A stretch of DNA of 64,000 nucleotides. Origin: Octopus vulgaris. Lineage: Eukaryota. Both the position numbers and the translations under genes were made by a program. The notes under the pieces were generated by a model. That model did not search any database, was not told the origin of the DNA, and saw nothing but the letters and a program-made list of their open reading frames with translations. Position 1 is the stretch's first letter; each line of letters opens with the position of its first letter. The DNA lies in assembly GCA_951406725.2 (NCBI GenBank), contig OX597821.1, positions 107,570,001 through 107,634,000 on the forward strand, in the 5' to 3' direction. Shown here piece after piece: positions 41,749 through 56,199 of the stretch.

Positions 41749-43414
41749 GTGCATACGTACATGCATATATATTCACACATGTATATGTATTTATATACCT
41801 ACATACACACACATATATATATACATGCACACATACATCATCATCATCATCATCATCGTTTAACGTCCGTTTTCCGCGCTAGCACGGGTTGGACGGTTCG
41901 ACCGGGGTCTGGGAGCCAGGGGCTGCTCCAGGCTCCAGGCTCCAGTCTAATCTGGCAATGTTTCTACAGCTGGATGCCCTTCCTAACGCCACACACATAT
42001 ATATATATACATGCACACATACATATATATATTTTGTGTACACATAGCTAAGCCCCTTGCCTAATTTGACACAGTCAAACTGTCTTCACCAACCCTTCAC
42101 TTCTGTATCCCTCATTCCTCCATCACTCTCCTAACTAAAGACCCTCTTCAGTCATGGACGACCATGGGCTCACACCTAGAAAGTCCGGGTCAGGTCGTTT
42201 TACAGAAGACCAGCAGTTACCCATGCATACCAGAATCCCTTCTCCACACCAAGAGAAAAGCAAAGGGGCTGATACAGCTTGGCACCAGTGACATCGCATC
42301 TCATTTCTACAGATGAGTCACCTGGAGCAACATGAAATAAAGAGCCTTACTCAAGAACACAACACACAGCGTGGTCCAGGAATTGGAAATGAACTCACTA
42401 CCTCATGATAGTGAGTTTAACACTCTAACCATTGAGCCATGTGCCTTCTCCTAACTACTGCTATAATAACATGGGAGCTGCTTTAATTTTACTGCTATTA
42501 CTAAAATGAGAGCAGAAATGCATATTTCATGGCTACTCAGCATTATATAAGGGTAGGTACCCCTGTTTCTCTACCACACAATAATCAGTCTGATATACTG
42601 TAGTCACCTTACAGAGCTTCCCCAATCTTCTAAACTCTTCTGTATCTAAAACAACTACTTGTTTGAACTTGAATGAGATTTAGGTATGTATGTGTGTCGG
42701 CATGATGGTTTACATTTGCGCTGCATTTTACAAAAGCAGCCCTCTATGAGTGGTCATGCTGTCACTTCTATCAACAAATCATAGGTTCATTTCACACCTA
42801 AATCCTTTAGCATTTAAACTGCTCACTTCCGGCCAAAGTAATCTACTTGTTTATATTCAGACTGGCCAGATCCGGCATCTCACACTTACCCTATAATATC
42901 ATTCCAAAATTAAACAATCATCATCATCGTTTAATGTCCACTTCCATGCTAGCATGGGTTGGATGGTTTGACTGAGGTCTGGAGAGCCAGCAACTGCACC
43001 AGGCTCCAATCTGATCAAGCAATGTTTCTACAGCTGGATGCTCTTCCTAATGCCAACCTCTCTGAGAGTGTAGTGGGTGCTTTTTACATGTCACCAGCAC
43101 AGGAGCCAGTCAGGCGGGCCTGGCATCAATCACATTTGGATAGTGCTTTGTATGTGCCAGTCAGGGGCTACTGGCATCGGCTGCGTTCAGGTGCTGCTTT
43201 TTATGTGCCACCAGCACAGGAGCCAGTTGGTGGGGCACTGGCATTGGCCACATTCGGACAGTGCATTTTATGTGCCACTAGCATGTATTTACCCATAATT
43301 AGAGTCACTTTGAGACAAAAGTTATGCAACAGAATTAATTAAGAACCTTTTCATCAATTATGTTCCAAAAATCACATGAATATATCGATAACTAAAATAG
43401 TTACAGCTGTTTAA

Positions 43415-43630
43415 CCCTTTTGTTACTGTATTTTGAGATGCTCTGTGTTTCTTTCAATTACTTTAACTATAACAAAGAATTTAGTAAAATAACTTAGTTA
43501 TCATTCAGCTTGTGTTAGGAACATAAATTGTGACTAAGGTTTGGTGGAAGGTTTTAATTTAAAACCTAAGTAAACAAGACATTTGTATTCAAAACCAGAG
43601 CCGGTTTCAGCCGGGTTGGTAATGAAAGGG
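43415..43630. mobile_element. piggyBac-type MITE
   Basis: TTAA|CCCTTTTGTTAC ... GTAATGAAAGGG|TTAA. Confidence 0.75.
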
Positions 43631-44389
43631 TTAATGAAACCAGTCTAAATTCAGAATGCTTTTAGAATTTAATTGAAACTCATGAGAGGTGTGTTTTACT
43701 TAGAAATATAATAATGAAAGGGTTAAGTAGATCACTGGTACTCTGACTACCAATAATAGACTTGAGAATACTGGAACACTGGATAACATAGATTGACATT
43801 CTTTCTTCAGGTGCTATGTCCAGAATGTAGGACATAAGTTATGGTGTCCTGCCACACTGAGCAGTTTCTCATTGCTTTCTCGAGGCAGGTGAGATTTGAA
43901 CTTGAAATGTAGAGAGTCGGGAAATAAACCATAAAGCATCTCTGCTGGCATGTCGATGATTCAGCCCTTCTCCCATCCACAGGTGAATGTGAAATGAAGG
44001 TGTTTTTGCTCAAGAACACAACAAGCTGCCAGGTCTAGGAATTGAACCTACGATTTAGCAACAGTGAGTGCAACATCCCAACCATTAAGCCATGCACCTT
44101 CATGTGCCTAGATTAGAAACGATTATTTACTTCCACAAGAGTTAATTACCTTGCTCAAGGATTGGACATAACAGCTATATCAAGCCAGAACAGAACTTAT
44201 AATCAGGGAGGCAGGGGTTATCCCACCAGGGGCCACAACCACCAGACCAGTACTGGTGAAGTAAAATAACAAATGGGAGTGCTTAGATGCGATCACACAA
44301 GAAATAACAACCAAATTTCCCTCAAATCATATCTTATTGTCTTTAAAATATAACAAAAGAATAGGAGGACACACTGGATAGCATAGATT

Positions 44390-44935
44390 CAGAGTCTTTC
44401 TTTAGGTGTTATGTCCAGAATGTAGGACATGGGTGATGATGTCCAGCAACATTTCACTGTTTTTTGTCTTCTGTAACAATTCCAGTTCTTGATGTTTGAT
44501 ACTTCTTTCATCCAACCAGTTCCAACCATCCATATCATCTCTCTCCTTCCTCTGCTGCTTTTCCTTTCAATCTTTCTGGTCATCGCTAAATTCTCCAAGA
44601 CTTCTTACCTCATAGCACGACCAAGAAACATCAGTTGTTTGGCCTTTATCTCATAAAGCAGTTTCCTATTTACTGCAGCCTGGGTCATCACTTCTTCGTC
44701 AGACACTTTGTCTGTCCATGTTATCCTCAATATTCCTCTTAAGAACCACATTCCATTGCTCTCCAAGAGTTTTCTCATTTCTGATGTTATAAACTTTGTC
44801 TCACTTCCATACATTAACACAAGGTAGACATAGCAGTTATATATACAAATCTTGATCTCGATGCTCAAAGTACAATTTCTCAAGATGTCATATAATTTGA
44901 AAATACAGGTTTTGCCAGCAGTATTAGTCTTTTGG
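44390..44935 (-). mobile_element. RTE LINE 3' fragment
   Basis: VLMYGSET, MWFLRGILRITWTDKVSDEEV, LMFLGRAMR, KIERKSSRGR. Confidence 0.8.
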
Positions 44936-45169
44936 TCTCCTTCACAGGTCTTGTGCCTTCTGTGATAAAAGATCTCAGGAAGCTAAAGGATCATCCTTTA
45001 GCTACCTGAGAAACAGGGTCATCCTTTAGCTACCTTCTTGAAACAGAAGAGGGTTGAATGTCTTTGGAATAACGCTGATCATAAGTCTGTTCAATCTGAC
45101 AGCTTTGAGTAGGGATAAAACAACAAAAAACAAAAAGAAAAATTTAAATTAACAATAAAAATATTCTTT

Positions 45170-45737
45170 GCTACTCTAGGCACATGGCCCGAAATTTGGT
45201 GGGAGGGGGACAGTCGACCCCAGTATGCAAATGGTACTTAATTTATCAACCCCAAAAGGATGAAAGTAAAGTTGACCAAGGCAGAATTTGAACTCAGAAC
45301 GTAAAGACAGATGTAATACCTATTTCTTTACTACCCACAAGGGGCTAAACACAGAGGGGACAAACAAGGGCAGACAAACTGATTAAGTCGATTATATCGA
45401 CCCCAGTGCGTAACTGGTACTTAATTTATCGACCCCAAAAGGATGAAAGGCAAAGCTGACCTCGGTGGAATTTGAACTCAGAACGTAAAGACAGATGAAA
45501 TACCTATTTCTTTACTACCCACAAGGGGCTACACACAGAGGAGACAAACAAGGACAAACAAACGGATTAAGTCAATTATATCGACCCCAGTGCGTAACTG
45601 GTACTTAATTTATCGACCCCGAAAGGATGAAAGGCAAAGTCGACCTCGGCGGAATTTGAACTCAGAATGTAGCGGCAGATGAAATACCATTAAGCATTTC
45701 GCCCGGCGCGCTAACATTTCTGCCAGCTCGCCGCCTT
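45170..45737 (-). mobile_element. SINE family B tandem array (3 units); similar arrays at 39655-40050 and 63673-64000
   Basis: One head ggcggcgagctggcagaa followed by repeated B-box/body units. Confidence 0.8.
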
Positions 45738-45789
45738 TTCACAATAAAAATATTATAAAACAATGGAAACTCAGAGAATAGCTACATAC

Positions 45790-45871
45790 CAAAGGCTTCT
45801 TTCGATTCGTCTAATCTTTCTGTATCTGAAGAATCCACAATGTAGATGATAGCATGTGACTCGGCATAATA
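45790..45871 (-). CDS. ARFRP1: ARFRP1 coding exon 4
   Basis: YYAESHAIIYIVDSSDTERLDESKEAF(D), 82 nt; tttag acceptor, GTATGT donor. Confidence 0.96.
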
Positions 45872-45936
45872 CTAAAATGAAAAAGAGGAAGATAATCACT
45901 TAGACTCTGTGTCTGTGTGTGTCTGTGTGTATACAT

Positions 45937-47016
45937 CAGTGTTTCCCAACCTTTTTACCCTCGCATATCCCTTCAAATAAATTACATGCCTCAAGGAACC
46001 CATGCACAGAAAATCTCACAACGTTAGATATTCAGTAACAGTACTTTGGAGTAAAGATTGTTTGCCAACATAACATGGCAGTCCTGGTTTAGGTCGAATG
46101 TTGCTGTAATTTAGCCCCTGAAGACATCGTCTCCAGCTGGCAATACAACATGATCTGTGTCATATTTTCAAACAAAGGAATCTAGCACCACACACGGATA
46201 TTGTTTTGAGCTGAGTGGTGGTGGTGGTGGGGGTGCTAGATTCCCTTGTTTGAAAATATAAGGACACAGATCGTGTCATATAGCCAACTGGAGACGATGT
46301 CTCATGGGGCTAAATTACAGCAACATTAGCTCTAAACCAGGACTGCCATGTTATGTTGACAAACAATCTTTGCTCAGAAAAAAATTGTATACCATAACTT
46401 TCATATTCTTTTCATTGTAGTTTACATGGTAAGTATCATATATATATATATACATATATTATATATAAACATTTTGGCTGCTTGTTTCTCTGGAGACTTT
46501 CAGAATAATGTAGCCGCCTCTGATGAGAACCCAATAAGGTTCGGAAATCGATTAAAGTTGTTCATCATTTTTTTCAGTCTGTGGAGAAATGGCTAAAATT
46601 TGCCCTGTTTTTGCCAGCCTCATCTGGCACGTAAAAAGCACCCACTACACTCATGGAGTGGTTGGCGTTAGGAAGGGCATCCAGCTGTAGAAACACTGCC
46701 AGATCAGACTGGGCCTGGCGCAGCCTTGTGGCTTCCCAAACCCCAGTTGAACCGTCCAACCCATGCTAGTGTGGAAAACGGACGTTAAACGATGATGATG
46801 ATGATGATGATGACAAAAATTGTTATTTTGATAACATAACAGGTTAGATAGGATGATGTCTATATTACAAGATTACAACAACCAATAATATGTTGTGCAT
46901 GTATAGTAATATTATGATCATGAAATTAGCATTAGATTATCTCACTCTTTCTTGTGGAACCCCTAGGAACCTTTTGCAGAACCCTAGGGTCTGGGAACCC
47001 CAGATGAGAAACGCTG
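45937..47016. mobile_element. hAT-type non-autonomous element with nested insertions
   Basis: TIR CAGTGTTTCCCA / TGAGAAACGCTG; perfect 8-bp TSD GTATACAT. Confidence 0.85.
46049..46375. mobile_element. Palindromic MITE with ~140-bp arms nested in the hAT element; partial sibling at 49280-49650
   Basis: Inverted arms gagtaaagattgtttg...ctagcacc / ggtgctag...caaacaatctttgctc. Confidence 0.75.
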
Positions 47017-47578
47017 GTATACATATACATGTGTTTATGTAGGCACAGGCGTGGCTCTTTAATAAGAAGCTTGCTTCCCAACCACATGGGTCCAGGTTCA
47101 GTCCCATTGCGTAGCACCTAGGGCACGTGTCTTCTACTATAGCCGTGCTTAGAATAAGTTAGGAGAACGCATATTATAAAAGCATTGAATTACAGCTCGA
47201 TATCTTTCTTGTTATTAACACCCATTTTGTTTTGATATTAATAGAGTAGTTTTCATGCAGAACGTCTCCAATAGCACAGAGCCAGCAAATGAAACGTCGA
47301 CAGGGAATGTCAATAAATATCACCGTTTGTAACTCAGAGCTCTTTTTCATTCAAAACACCCACGTAAGTGTTTGCTAGTATATACATACCGTTTGCCAGT
47401 TAAAATTATAAGAAGGGAAATAACTTTATAAAGGGACGTAACTCAAGCAATATTTGATAGAGATTAAAGAAATCTGTACCAGACAGAAGTAGCAACCAAT
47501 TTAACCGCCTCTCCCGAAATTGCTGGCTTTGTGCCAAAATCCGAAACTGATATTTTTACCAATGTTGGAGCTGTGTTG

Positions 47579-48000
47579 GGATCTTTTCGGTTTGAACGGG
47601 AGTTTTTAAAAATAATTTCCACGTAACTAAACACTTTTAAACTTCGTATACTGGTCGAATGTGTTTATAAAACATCTTTTTCTCTTGGCTTTATTGAGAA
47701 AATTCTATAGTTTGTAAGATATTTGTTGTTTTTTTCTCTTCAATTTCTGCAATTTCAACCAATCAATGACGTCTATTGAGGTGAAAACATTCTGTGCCGT
47801 ATGAATATGTCCCTCGTTTAAGAAACAGATTGGGTTTATATACATTTCTGAAGAAAAAAAGATTCCCTTCTCCCACTCCTAACCTTAACCCTAACCCTAA
47901 AACAGATTGAAATGCAATAGATTGATATTAGGGTCATAATTATGGGTGACAATTTCATATGACACCGCTAAAAAAACTGCCGTTCAAACCGAAAAGATCC
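47579..48000 (-). mobile_element. Same MITE, copy 4, 44 nt from the ARFRP1 exon 3 donor
   Basis: Both TIRs present; perfect TSD CTGTGTTG. Confidence 0.9.
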
Positions 48001-48044
48001 CTGTGTTGTCCAAGAGAAGGAAACTGTATTCTCACTCCACTTAC

Positions 48045-48127
48045 TTTGTCCCACAATGACTGTAGTTCTTCCTGTCCGCCAAGATCCCAGAAATTTAGCC
48101 GCACACTTCCAATGTCGATTTTTCCAA
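48045..48127 (-). CDS. ARFRP1: ARFRP1 coding exon 3
   Basis: (I)GKIDIGSVRLNFWDLGGQEELQSLWDK, 83 nt, G3 motif WDLGGQ; ttcag acceptor, GTAAGT donor. Confidence 0.97.
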
Positions 48128-48323
48128 CTGAATAAAGAATAATAAGGAAAACAAAAGGAGTTTATTATATATACACATTTACAAACACACACCCACACAC
48201 ACACAAATATATGCATACATATATAAATATTTGTACATATATATACACTGTATACATATGCATAGATGTGTGTGTGTGTATGTGTATTAAATATATATAT
48301 ATATAGATAGATAGATAGATAGG

Positions 48324-48357
<34 letters not shown>

Positions 48358-48376
48358 AACCGACAGACAGACAGAC

Positions 48377-48441
<65 letters not shown>

Positions 48442-49032
48442 CACACACATACTTACATATATATATATATATATAAGTTCAGCAAAAATTTAGATTCAGA
48501 TGAATATGGTACTTAGGTTAAAGGCACCAGAATTTGGTATGGTATTATCCATATAAATCAAATGGGGTGATTATAATCAAAATAAGCAACAAGCACTACC
48601 TTTGGATATATATAAACACACACCAATATATAGGAATATGCACATACACACATATACATGTGAATATATATAATATATAAACACATACAAACATATACAT
48701 ATAAGTGTGTGTTTACATATTTGAATTCTCAAATGGGAGAAAAAGAACTCCATCTGAATAACATGATGTAAAACACAGGGACAGACCTTAAAGGACCATT
48801 TTTAATACAATTAAAGAGGGTTCTGCAGTTTATACACCTTTTAGACAAGTCCCACACCAAATACCCATGAAGATTCATAGGAATTATTAAACGGAATAAA
48901 CCTTTTCGTTGCCTTCTCATTAATAAAGTGGCAAACATTTTTTTTGAAAATTGTAGGAACCTACTATTGGAGGGTAGTAGGACCTCCCACAGTCTGACGA
49001 TCACAAGTTAATAGCTTCTCTAAAGCCTTCCT

Positions 49033-49126
<94 letters not shown>

Positions 49127-50912
49127 TGCAGGTCTGTGCTGTAACAGAGTGTTACTGCATCCACCATTTGTTGATGATTCTTACAACTCCTGGTAGATGA
49201 TGCTTCTGCTGTACCAATAGGGTAACAAGAGTCAGGTGGTGGGTTTTTGATTCAGGGATCAGGCAGCATGTTGTGTTGTAGTAAAGGTTGTTTACCAACA
49301 TAACATAGCAGTCTCGGTTTAGGACTAATGTTGCTGTAATTTAGCCCCAGGAGACCGTCTCCAGCTTTATGACACGATCTGTGTCCTTATATTGTGTCCT
49401 TATATTGTGTGATTTACAAATAGTAATTTTCAAATTTATAAATCATAACTAGTTATCACTTTGAAAACTATATATTTCAAACCGGAATTTGGCAGTGCCA
49501 CCTCTAACTGAATAATTTATTCTGTGCTGATGAAGGAAAATAACCCAGAAATAGCGATACACAGATAGTTTTGAGCTGAGCAGGGGTGCTAGATTCCCTT
49601 GTTCAAAAATATAAGGACACAGATCGTGTCGTATAGCTAGCTGGAGACGAGTTTAACGTCTATTTTCCGTGCTAGCATGGGTTGGATGGTTCGACCGGGG
49701 TCTGGGAAGCCAGGAGGCTGCACCAGGCTCCAGTCTGATCTGGCAGTGTTTCTACAGCTGGATGCCCTTCCTAACGTCAACCACTCCGTGAGTGTAGTGG
49801 GTGCTTTTTACGTGCCAGAGGAGGCTGGCAGTGGCCACGATCAAAAGTACTGGTGCTGAATATCTCAGGTTGTGAGATTTAAAAATAGTAATTTTCTTGC
49901 ATGTTGTGTTGTTAAGTAAATCCCCATTATTTCTCGTTGCTCTATTGCTGAGTGGGGGGACCGGTAAGCTGGTCGAAGAATCCACCCAATGTCTCCTCTG
50001 CGTGTTGTAAGAGATGACCAAAAGAGGTTGAGATAAGATTTGCACTATGACGTCATAAAACCCTTCCGAGCAATGACTACCAGTCAAACCCATGGGGTCT
50101 TAGCATTGAAAGGAGTTCTTTAGAATTAAGATTCTTCAGTCAAATGTAATTCTTATTCATTTAATTACAATGTTTTTGAATTAATCATGCATTATAGGCG
50201 CAGGAATGGCTGTATGGTAAGTAGCTTGCTTACCAACCACATGGTTCCGGGTTCAGTCCCACTGCATGGCACCTTGGGCAAGCATCTTATTCTATAGCCT
50301 TGGGCAAACCAAAGCCTCATGAGTTGATTTAGTAGACAAAAACTGAAAGAAGCCCATCGTCTATATATATATATGTATGTATACATTTTTGTGTCTATGT
50401 TTGTGCCTCCTACCATTGCTTGACAACCGGTGCTGGTGTTTACATCCCTGTCACTTAGTGGTTTGGCAAGAGAGACCGATAGAATAAGTACTAGGCTTAC
50501 AAAGAATAAGTCCTGGAGTCGATTTGCTTGACTAAAGGCGGTGCTCCAGTATGGCTGTAGTCAAATGACTAAAACAAGTAAAAGAATATCTCGTAGCTTC
50601 CTGATCTCAATGAAGGGAATGTTTATTTCTAGACTGATATTGTAGGATCGGTGTAAGAGGGTGGATATGTAATTGTTTAAACATAAACAGGAAAAAATAT
50701 TTGGGCACTTTTACTCTTTTACTTGCTTCAGTCATTTGACTGTGGCCATGCTAAATCTGTGGTCAAGCAAATCGACCCCAGGACTTATTCTTCGTAAGCC
50801 TAGTACTTATTCTATCGGTCTCCTTTGCTAAACAGCTAAGTTACAGGGATGTAAACACAACAGCATTGGTTGTCAAGCAATGTTGGGGGGACAAAAACAG
50901 ACACACAAACGT

Positions 50913-50953
<41 letters not shown>

Positions 50954-51129
50954 GTTTCTCTCAGTTTCCATCAACCAAATCCACTCACAAGGCTTTGGTC
51001 GGCCCGAGGCTATAGTAGAAGACACTTGCCCAAGGTGCCACACAGAGGAACTGAACCCGGAACTATGTGGCTTGTAAGCAAGCTACTTACCACACAGTCA
51101 CTGGCGGCTAACTATTTATATCTTTCTGC

Positions 51130-51560
51130 CACATGCAAAGTCTTTATTCGCTATCAGCCTGTTCATGAATCCGGTACATCTCCTCTGCGCTCATAGTTCA
51201 CATCATGTACACCAAATGCATTCCAGCCCAAGTAGTTTTTCATATTGTGTATGGCCATTTTCCTTGTGGCAACAAGGTCCAGTCTGCCTTTCTATTAACT
51301 ACAACTTTGGTCTTTAACAAATTTACCATAAGGAATCACAATTCAAGTCTTTGTTTCCAAATCTAAAATTTCTTCTCCAAGTCTTTCACAGACTCTGTTA
51401 TAAGGACTAGGTTATCAGCACAAAAGAGTTCGCACAGGAGGCTAATCCTAAACTCCTCTTTTATAGCTTGGAGAATTATAATAAATAGAGACAGAAATGA
51501 TCCCTGGTGGATACCAATCAGCTCACTAAATTCCTGAGTGAATTCGTTAAGCACTAAGAT
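51130..51560 (-). mobile_element. LINE reverse-transcriptase fragment (RTE-like), decayed
   Basis: EFSELIGIHQGSFLS...ELFCADNLVL, a degenerate form of GxxQG and YADD. Confidence 0.65.
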
Positions 51561-52653
51561 GATGATGATCATCATCATAATTATCATTATCATTATTATT
51601 GTAGTCGTGGCACTCCATTGGTTATGACAACGAGGGTTGCAGTTGATCCAATCAACGGAACACCTTGTTTGTGAAATTAATGTCCAAGTGGCTGAGCACT
51701 CCACAGACACGTGTACTTTTAATGTAGTTGTCGGGGAGATTCAGCTTGACACAGAGTGTGACAAGGCTGGCCGTTTGAAATACAGGTACAACAGAAACAG
51801 GAAGAAAGAGTGAGAGAAAGTTGTGGTGAAAATGTACAACAGGGTTTGCCACCACCCCTTGCTGGAGCCTTGTGGAGCTTTAGGTGTTTTTGATCAATAA
51901 ACTTTCAATACCCGGTCTGGGAATCGAAACCACAATCCTATGACTACAAGTCCGTTGTTCTAACCGTTAGGCCATTGTGCCTCCACATCATTGTAGTAAT
52001 TAGATGCAGTGTGCAAGAGAGAAAACCATGTGGACTTGGAAGGAATTAGATGCAGTGCAGAAGAGGGAGACCCAGGAATACAAGGGACGTAGTACTGAAG
52101 GATGACCTCAGTACATTGAACCTTTCAGCTGAGATGACAAAGTCCTAAGATACCTGGGGCCTTGCTGTACACAAGAAGACCCATCCTCCACAGCAGAAGT
52201 GTTAAGGTAACTCCCCTGGTGAAGAGGATTGACCCCCACAAGAGTCGTCTGGCAGTGCCATGTAAAAAGCACATGTTCCAGTGTCACGTGACAGCAGTCG
52301 TGCTGGTGCTATATTAAAGGCACTCGCCACACACTGTAAAATGGTTGGCATTAGGAAGGGCATCCGGACATAGAACCCATGCCAAATCAGACTAGAACTG
52401 GATGCAGCTCTTCAATTTACCAGCTCTGGTCAAACTGTCCAACCCATGCCAGCATGGAAAAGAGATGTTAAATGATGATGATGATTTATAACTGTTTGTA
52501 ATTTTCAAGATATTATGTGTTACAGAAAACCCCTCTGGCGCCTCAAGCAAGGTGGTAGTCAGTCGTTTGAAGTAAATTAATAAATTAATATATTAATTAA
52601 ATTTTTAATTATGTTTTTTTATTTTAATTTTTTTTTTCCCCATCTCTACTCAC

Positions 52654-52741
52654 TGTTTAGGCCGACAGTCGTCGTGATTTTGCTTTGGTTCATCCCTTTA
52701 TATTTCCGATTAAACTTCGTCTTGGTTTGTTCAAGGTAAGT
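52654..52741 (-). CDS. ARFRP1: ARFRP1 coding exon 2
   Basis: TYLEQTKTKFNRKYKGMNQSKITTTVGLN(I), 88 nt, switch I; ttcag acceptor, GTGAGT donor. Confidence 0.96.
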
Positions 52742-53417
52742 CTGAAACAGAGAGGTGACGGACCATTAAGACAGGTTCTTTGATATTGGAACAGCAGATA
52801 TCATAAAGAACTTAATAATAAAACAAACACAGTTTGTTTTACAAACTTTATAAATTACAGATTAATTTTAGAAAGGTGTGGGAGTGTTGTAAAACATCTG
52901 CTTCCCAACTACATGGTTCCAGGTTCAATCCCATTGCATGACACCTTGGGCGAGTGACTTCTATAAAGTTCAGCTCATCAGATGATGAACTCAGAACACA
53001 AAGATGGACAAAATGCTTGAAAATATTTTGTCCAGAGTGTTAGTGATTCTGGCAGCTTGCTATTTCAATAATGATAATAATGATAATCCTTTCTACTGGA
53101 GGCACAAGGCCTCAAATTTGGTACTTAATTTATCGACCCCAAAAGGATGAAAGGCAAAGTCGACTTCGGCGACTTTGCCTTTGAATAATAATAATAATAA
53201 TGATGATGATGATGATGATGATAACAACAGTAATAATGATAATAACAATAATAATCCTTTCTACTGGAAGCAGAAGGCCTCAGATTTGGTGGAAGGAATT
53301 AAGTCAATTACATCGAACCCAGTGCGTAACTGGTACTAATTTTATCAACCCCGAAAGGATGAAAGGCAAAGTCAACCCTGGCGGAATTTGAATAATAACA
53401 ATAATAATAATAATAAT

Positions 53418-53964
53418 GCAGTACCAGGCAGTGGCTCTCATGGCTTCTGATCTTAACTGATTGGAAGTGTTATCATGTACATTGTTTTGTCTTGGTATAA
53501 AAGATGGGCTACAGCAAATATTCTGCTCAATACCACAGATTTGCTTGTCAGTTGCTTAAGCTTAACCAGTTGAGCATGTCCCTTAGTGGCTGACAATATG
53601 TGCATCTCTGATCACGAGCAGAAGTAGTGGGGGAGTATCATGGCCATGTGTTGAGAGGAATTCCTTGGGGTTTGAATAATTCACCTCTGGAAACATAGGT
53701 GTTTCGTTCAACATCCTAAAGCAACCCTTATTCAGGGACCTTTTGAGCGCGATGGGCTACTCAATCTGAAGAAAATTCTAACTGGGCCCCCACCTGCAAG
53801 GTCATGTGCTGTTTATCTTGATAGGAGATCACCATGTCGCGCACATATGGTTGTGATGCATGTGCCTGGTGTACCTTTATCAGACGGGTAGTCATGATGG
53901 GTATATTGGGCTTCGTATATTTTACACCAGTGTCACTTTGATGGCATGAACTGCTCTCTCACTC
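53418..53964. mobile_element. (AAT)n-embedded interspersed repeat, copy 2
   Basis: Longer copy of the 2103-2398 repeat; both flanks are (AAT)n. Confidence 0.75.
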
Positions 53965-53975
53965 AATAATAATAA

Positions 53976-54007
<32 letters not shown>

Positions 54008-54254
54008 ACTGTTTCAAATTTTGGCACAAGGTCAGTAATTTGAGGGGAAGGGTACATCATTTAGATTGATTCCAGTCCCTGACTGGTACTTTATTTCATC
54101 TACCCCTATAGGATGAACGGTAGAATCAACCTTGGCAGTAGGTAAAGCCCTAAGAAATGCTGTTAAGCAGTTTGTTCAAAGAGCTAACGATTCTTTAATT
54201 AATTGCAAAAACAGAAAAAATGTTTTGAAGTAATTTCAGCCTGTATGTTCTTAC

Positions 54255-54347
54255 CGTTTTTCCGGCATTATCCAAACCAAGAATTAAGACAAAGTATTCT
54301 TCCTTTTGGAACAGATACTTCCAAAAACCAGAGAGAAGTGTGTACAT
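54255..54347 (-). CDS. ARFRP1: ARFRP1 coding exon 1
   Basis: MYTLLSGFWKYLFQKEEYFVLILGLDNAGKT, 93 nt: the characteristic ARFRP1 N-terminus (no Gly2) plus P-loop GLDNAGKT. Preceded by cag, followed by donor GTAAG. Confidence 0.97.
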
Positions 54348-54485
54348 CTGAAGAATCAAAGAAAATCCAAGAATGAATCATAAATTACAAAAAATTACAG
54401 ACAGAGACACAGACAGAGGAAAGGATGATCATTGACAGCAAAACTTACAGCCGTGTGTGTGTATTTATATATATACTTTATTTAA

Positions 54486-54705
54486 CACTTTAGCACTCAA
54501 ACCAGCCATATCAGGTCAAAATATTTAGTCTGCTTTCTGTTGAAACTGACCAGATCTGGTTCTTCACCTCAGCCTTATAATATCATTCTAAAACTAAACA
54601 ATCACATCATCGAAATCTCTCAACTACAAGACAATGCATCATTAATTCGAATCAATATAACTAAATAAACATTATATTTGACAGAATAACCTGAATACTA
54701 AAGGG
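54486..54705. mobile_element. piggyBac-type MITE (second family; partial sibling 42800-42920)
   Basis: TTAA|CACTTTAGCA ... TACTAAAGGG|TTAA. Confidence 0.7.
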
Positions 54706-55028
54706 TTAAAAGCAGCAGAAATATCACAAAAACTGTTACTCAAGGTTTCATGTTCCCGTTCATCAGGAACATTTATGTGCTAACTCCGGTATATATATAT
54801 ATATATATATATAAGGGTTATGGATGTAGCCCACTATGGGATATCAATTATCCAATATACTGTTGGTAAAGTACACAAATGTTTTTAATTGCAATGCAAT
54901 TAATTAATTTATTGTATTAAATGGGTGAAGGTAAAAAAATATTTTTACTGTAAATTTATAATACAATGTAATATCTGTAAGTTGATGAACAAACTGAATT
55001 TGTTTCTCTATTTTCTTCTTATTTGTAT

Positions 55029-55066
<38 letters not shown>

Positions 55067-56199
55067 TGTGATTGCTGTTAGGAAGGGCATCCAGCAGAAA
55101 AATCCTGCCAAAACAGTCACAGAAGTCTGGTGCAGGCTTGGGAGGGGACTGCTCGATTACATCAACCTCAGTACTCAACGGTACTTAATTTATCAACCCC
55201 AAAAGGATGAAAGGCAAAGTCAACCTCAGCGGAGTTTAGATTCAGAATGTAGTGACAGGCAAAGTACCGCTAAGAATTTCACCCGGCATGCTAACGATTC
55301 TGCCAGCTTGCCACCTTAAAATTAGTGATTAATAAAATATACTTCATTTCCAAAATTTAGTAGAATCTACAGACAGAATCTATTTTTTTTTATGAATGCC
55401 TGTTTTCAGATTAATGACCACACTGAAGTAATACAAATCAAAGGAAGTGCAAACATTGAGAAACCTTTCCTTTCATGGTTGCCCTCAATTCATTATCACC
55501 AGTTTTGTATACATAAATTTTATGTTTTAAGTATTCCTATTAAATAAGTCTAATGGTGTGAGGTCAAAATGAATACTGAGGGTACTCTATTGAAATTTTC
55601 CAACCAATTTATCCATTTGATTTTGACATAAGGCCAGCAATTTTGCAGAAGGGGCTAAGTCGATTACATCAACCCCAGGTATCAACTGGTACTTATTTTA
55701 TCGACCCTGAAAGAATGAATAACAATGTTGACCCTGGCGGTATTGGAACTCAGAATTTGTTGTGGCAAGAGTCACTGACACCCCTGGGGGAGTGGAAGAA
55801 TGGACTAGCTGAATTCTAATAAAGAGTAGCAGATTGGTTGAGACAGAGGTCAGTAGAAGTTGTTGAGAGGGCATTTTGGAGTCTCGCGAAATACGTCATG
55901 TGAACACATTTACTTCAGTTTCCTTAAATTATATACATCCAACGTTTGGCAAGGATATAGAAGAATGTAAAGTCGGAAGGAATGCCGCTAAGCATTTTGT
56001 CCACCATAGTAACAATTCTGTCAACTCACCACCACCTTAAGACATACCATTCAGCCTTCATAGGTGTCTTGGGGAAATTTCGAACCTGGGTTCTCATTCC
56101 TAAGGTATTTTTCATTGTTGTTGTTATTGTTATTAATATTATTATTATTATTATTATTATTCAGGTCACTGTTTGGAATCGACGCCATATGCCCGTGGG

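Noticed and set aside
49950-50030. Possible HDV-like ribozyme (ctgcgtgttgtaagagatgaccaaaagagg); similar retroelement-leader-like sequence at 14560-14745 and 59910-60080
   Set aside because: A consistent P1/P2/P3/P1.1 double pseudoknot could not be assembled by eye.
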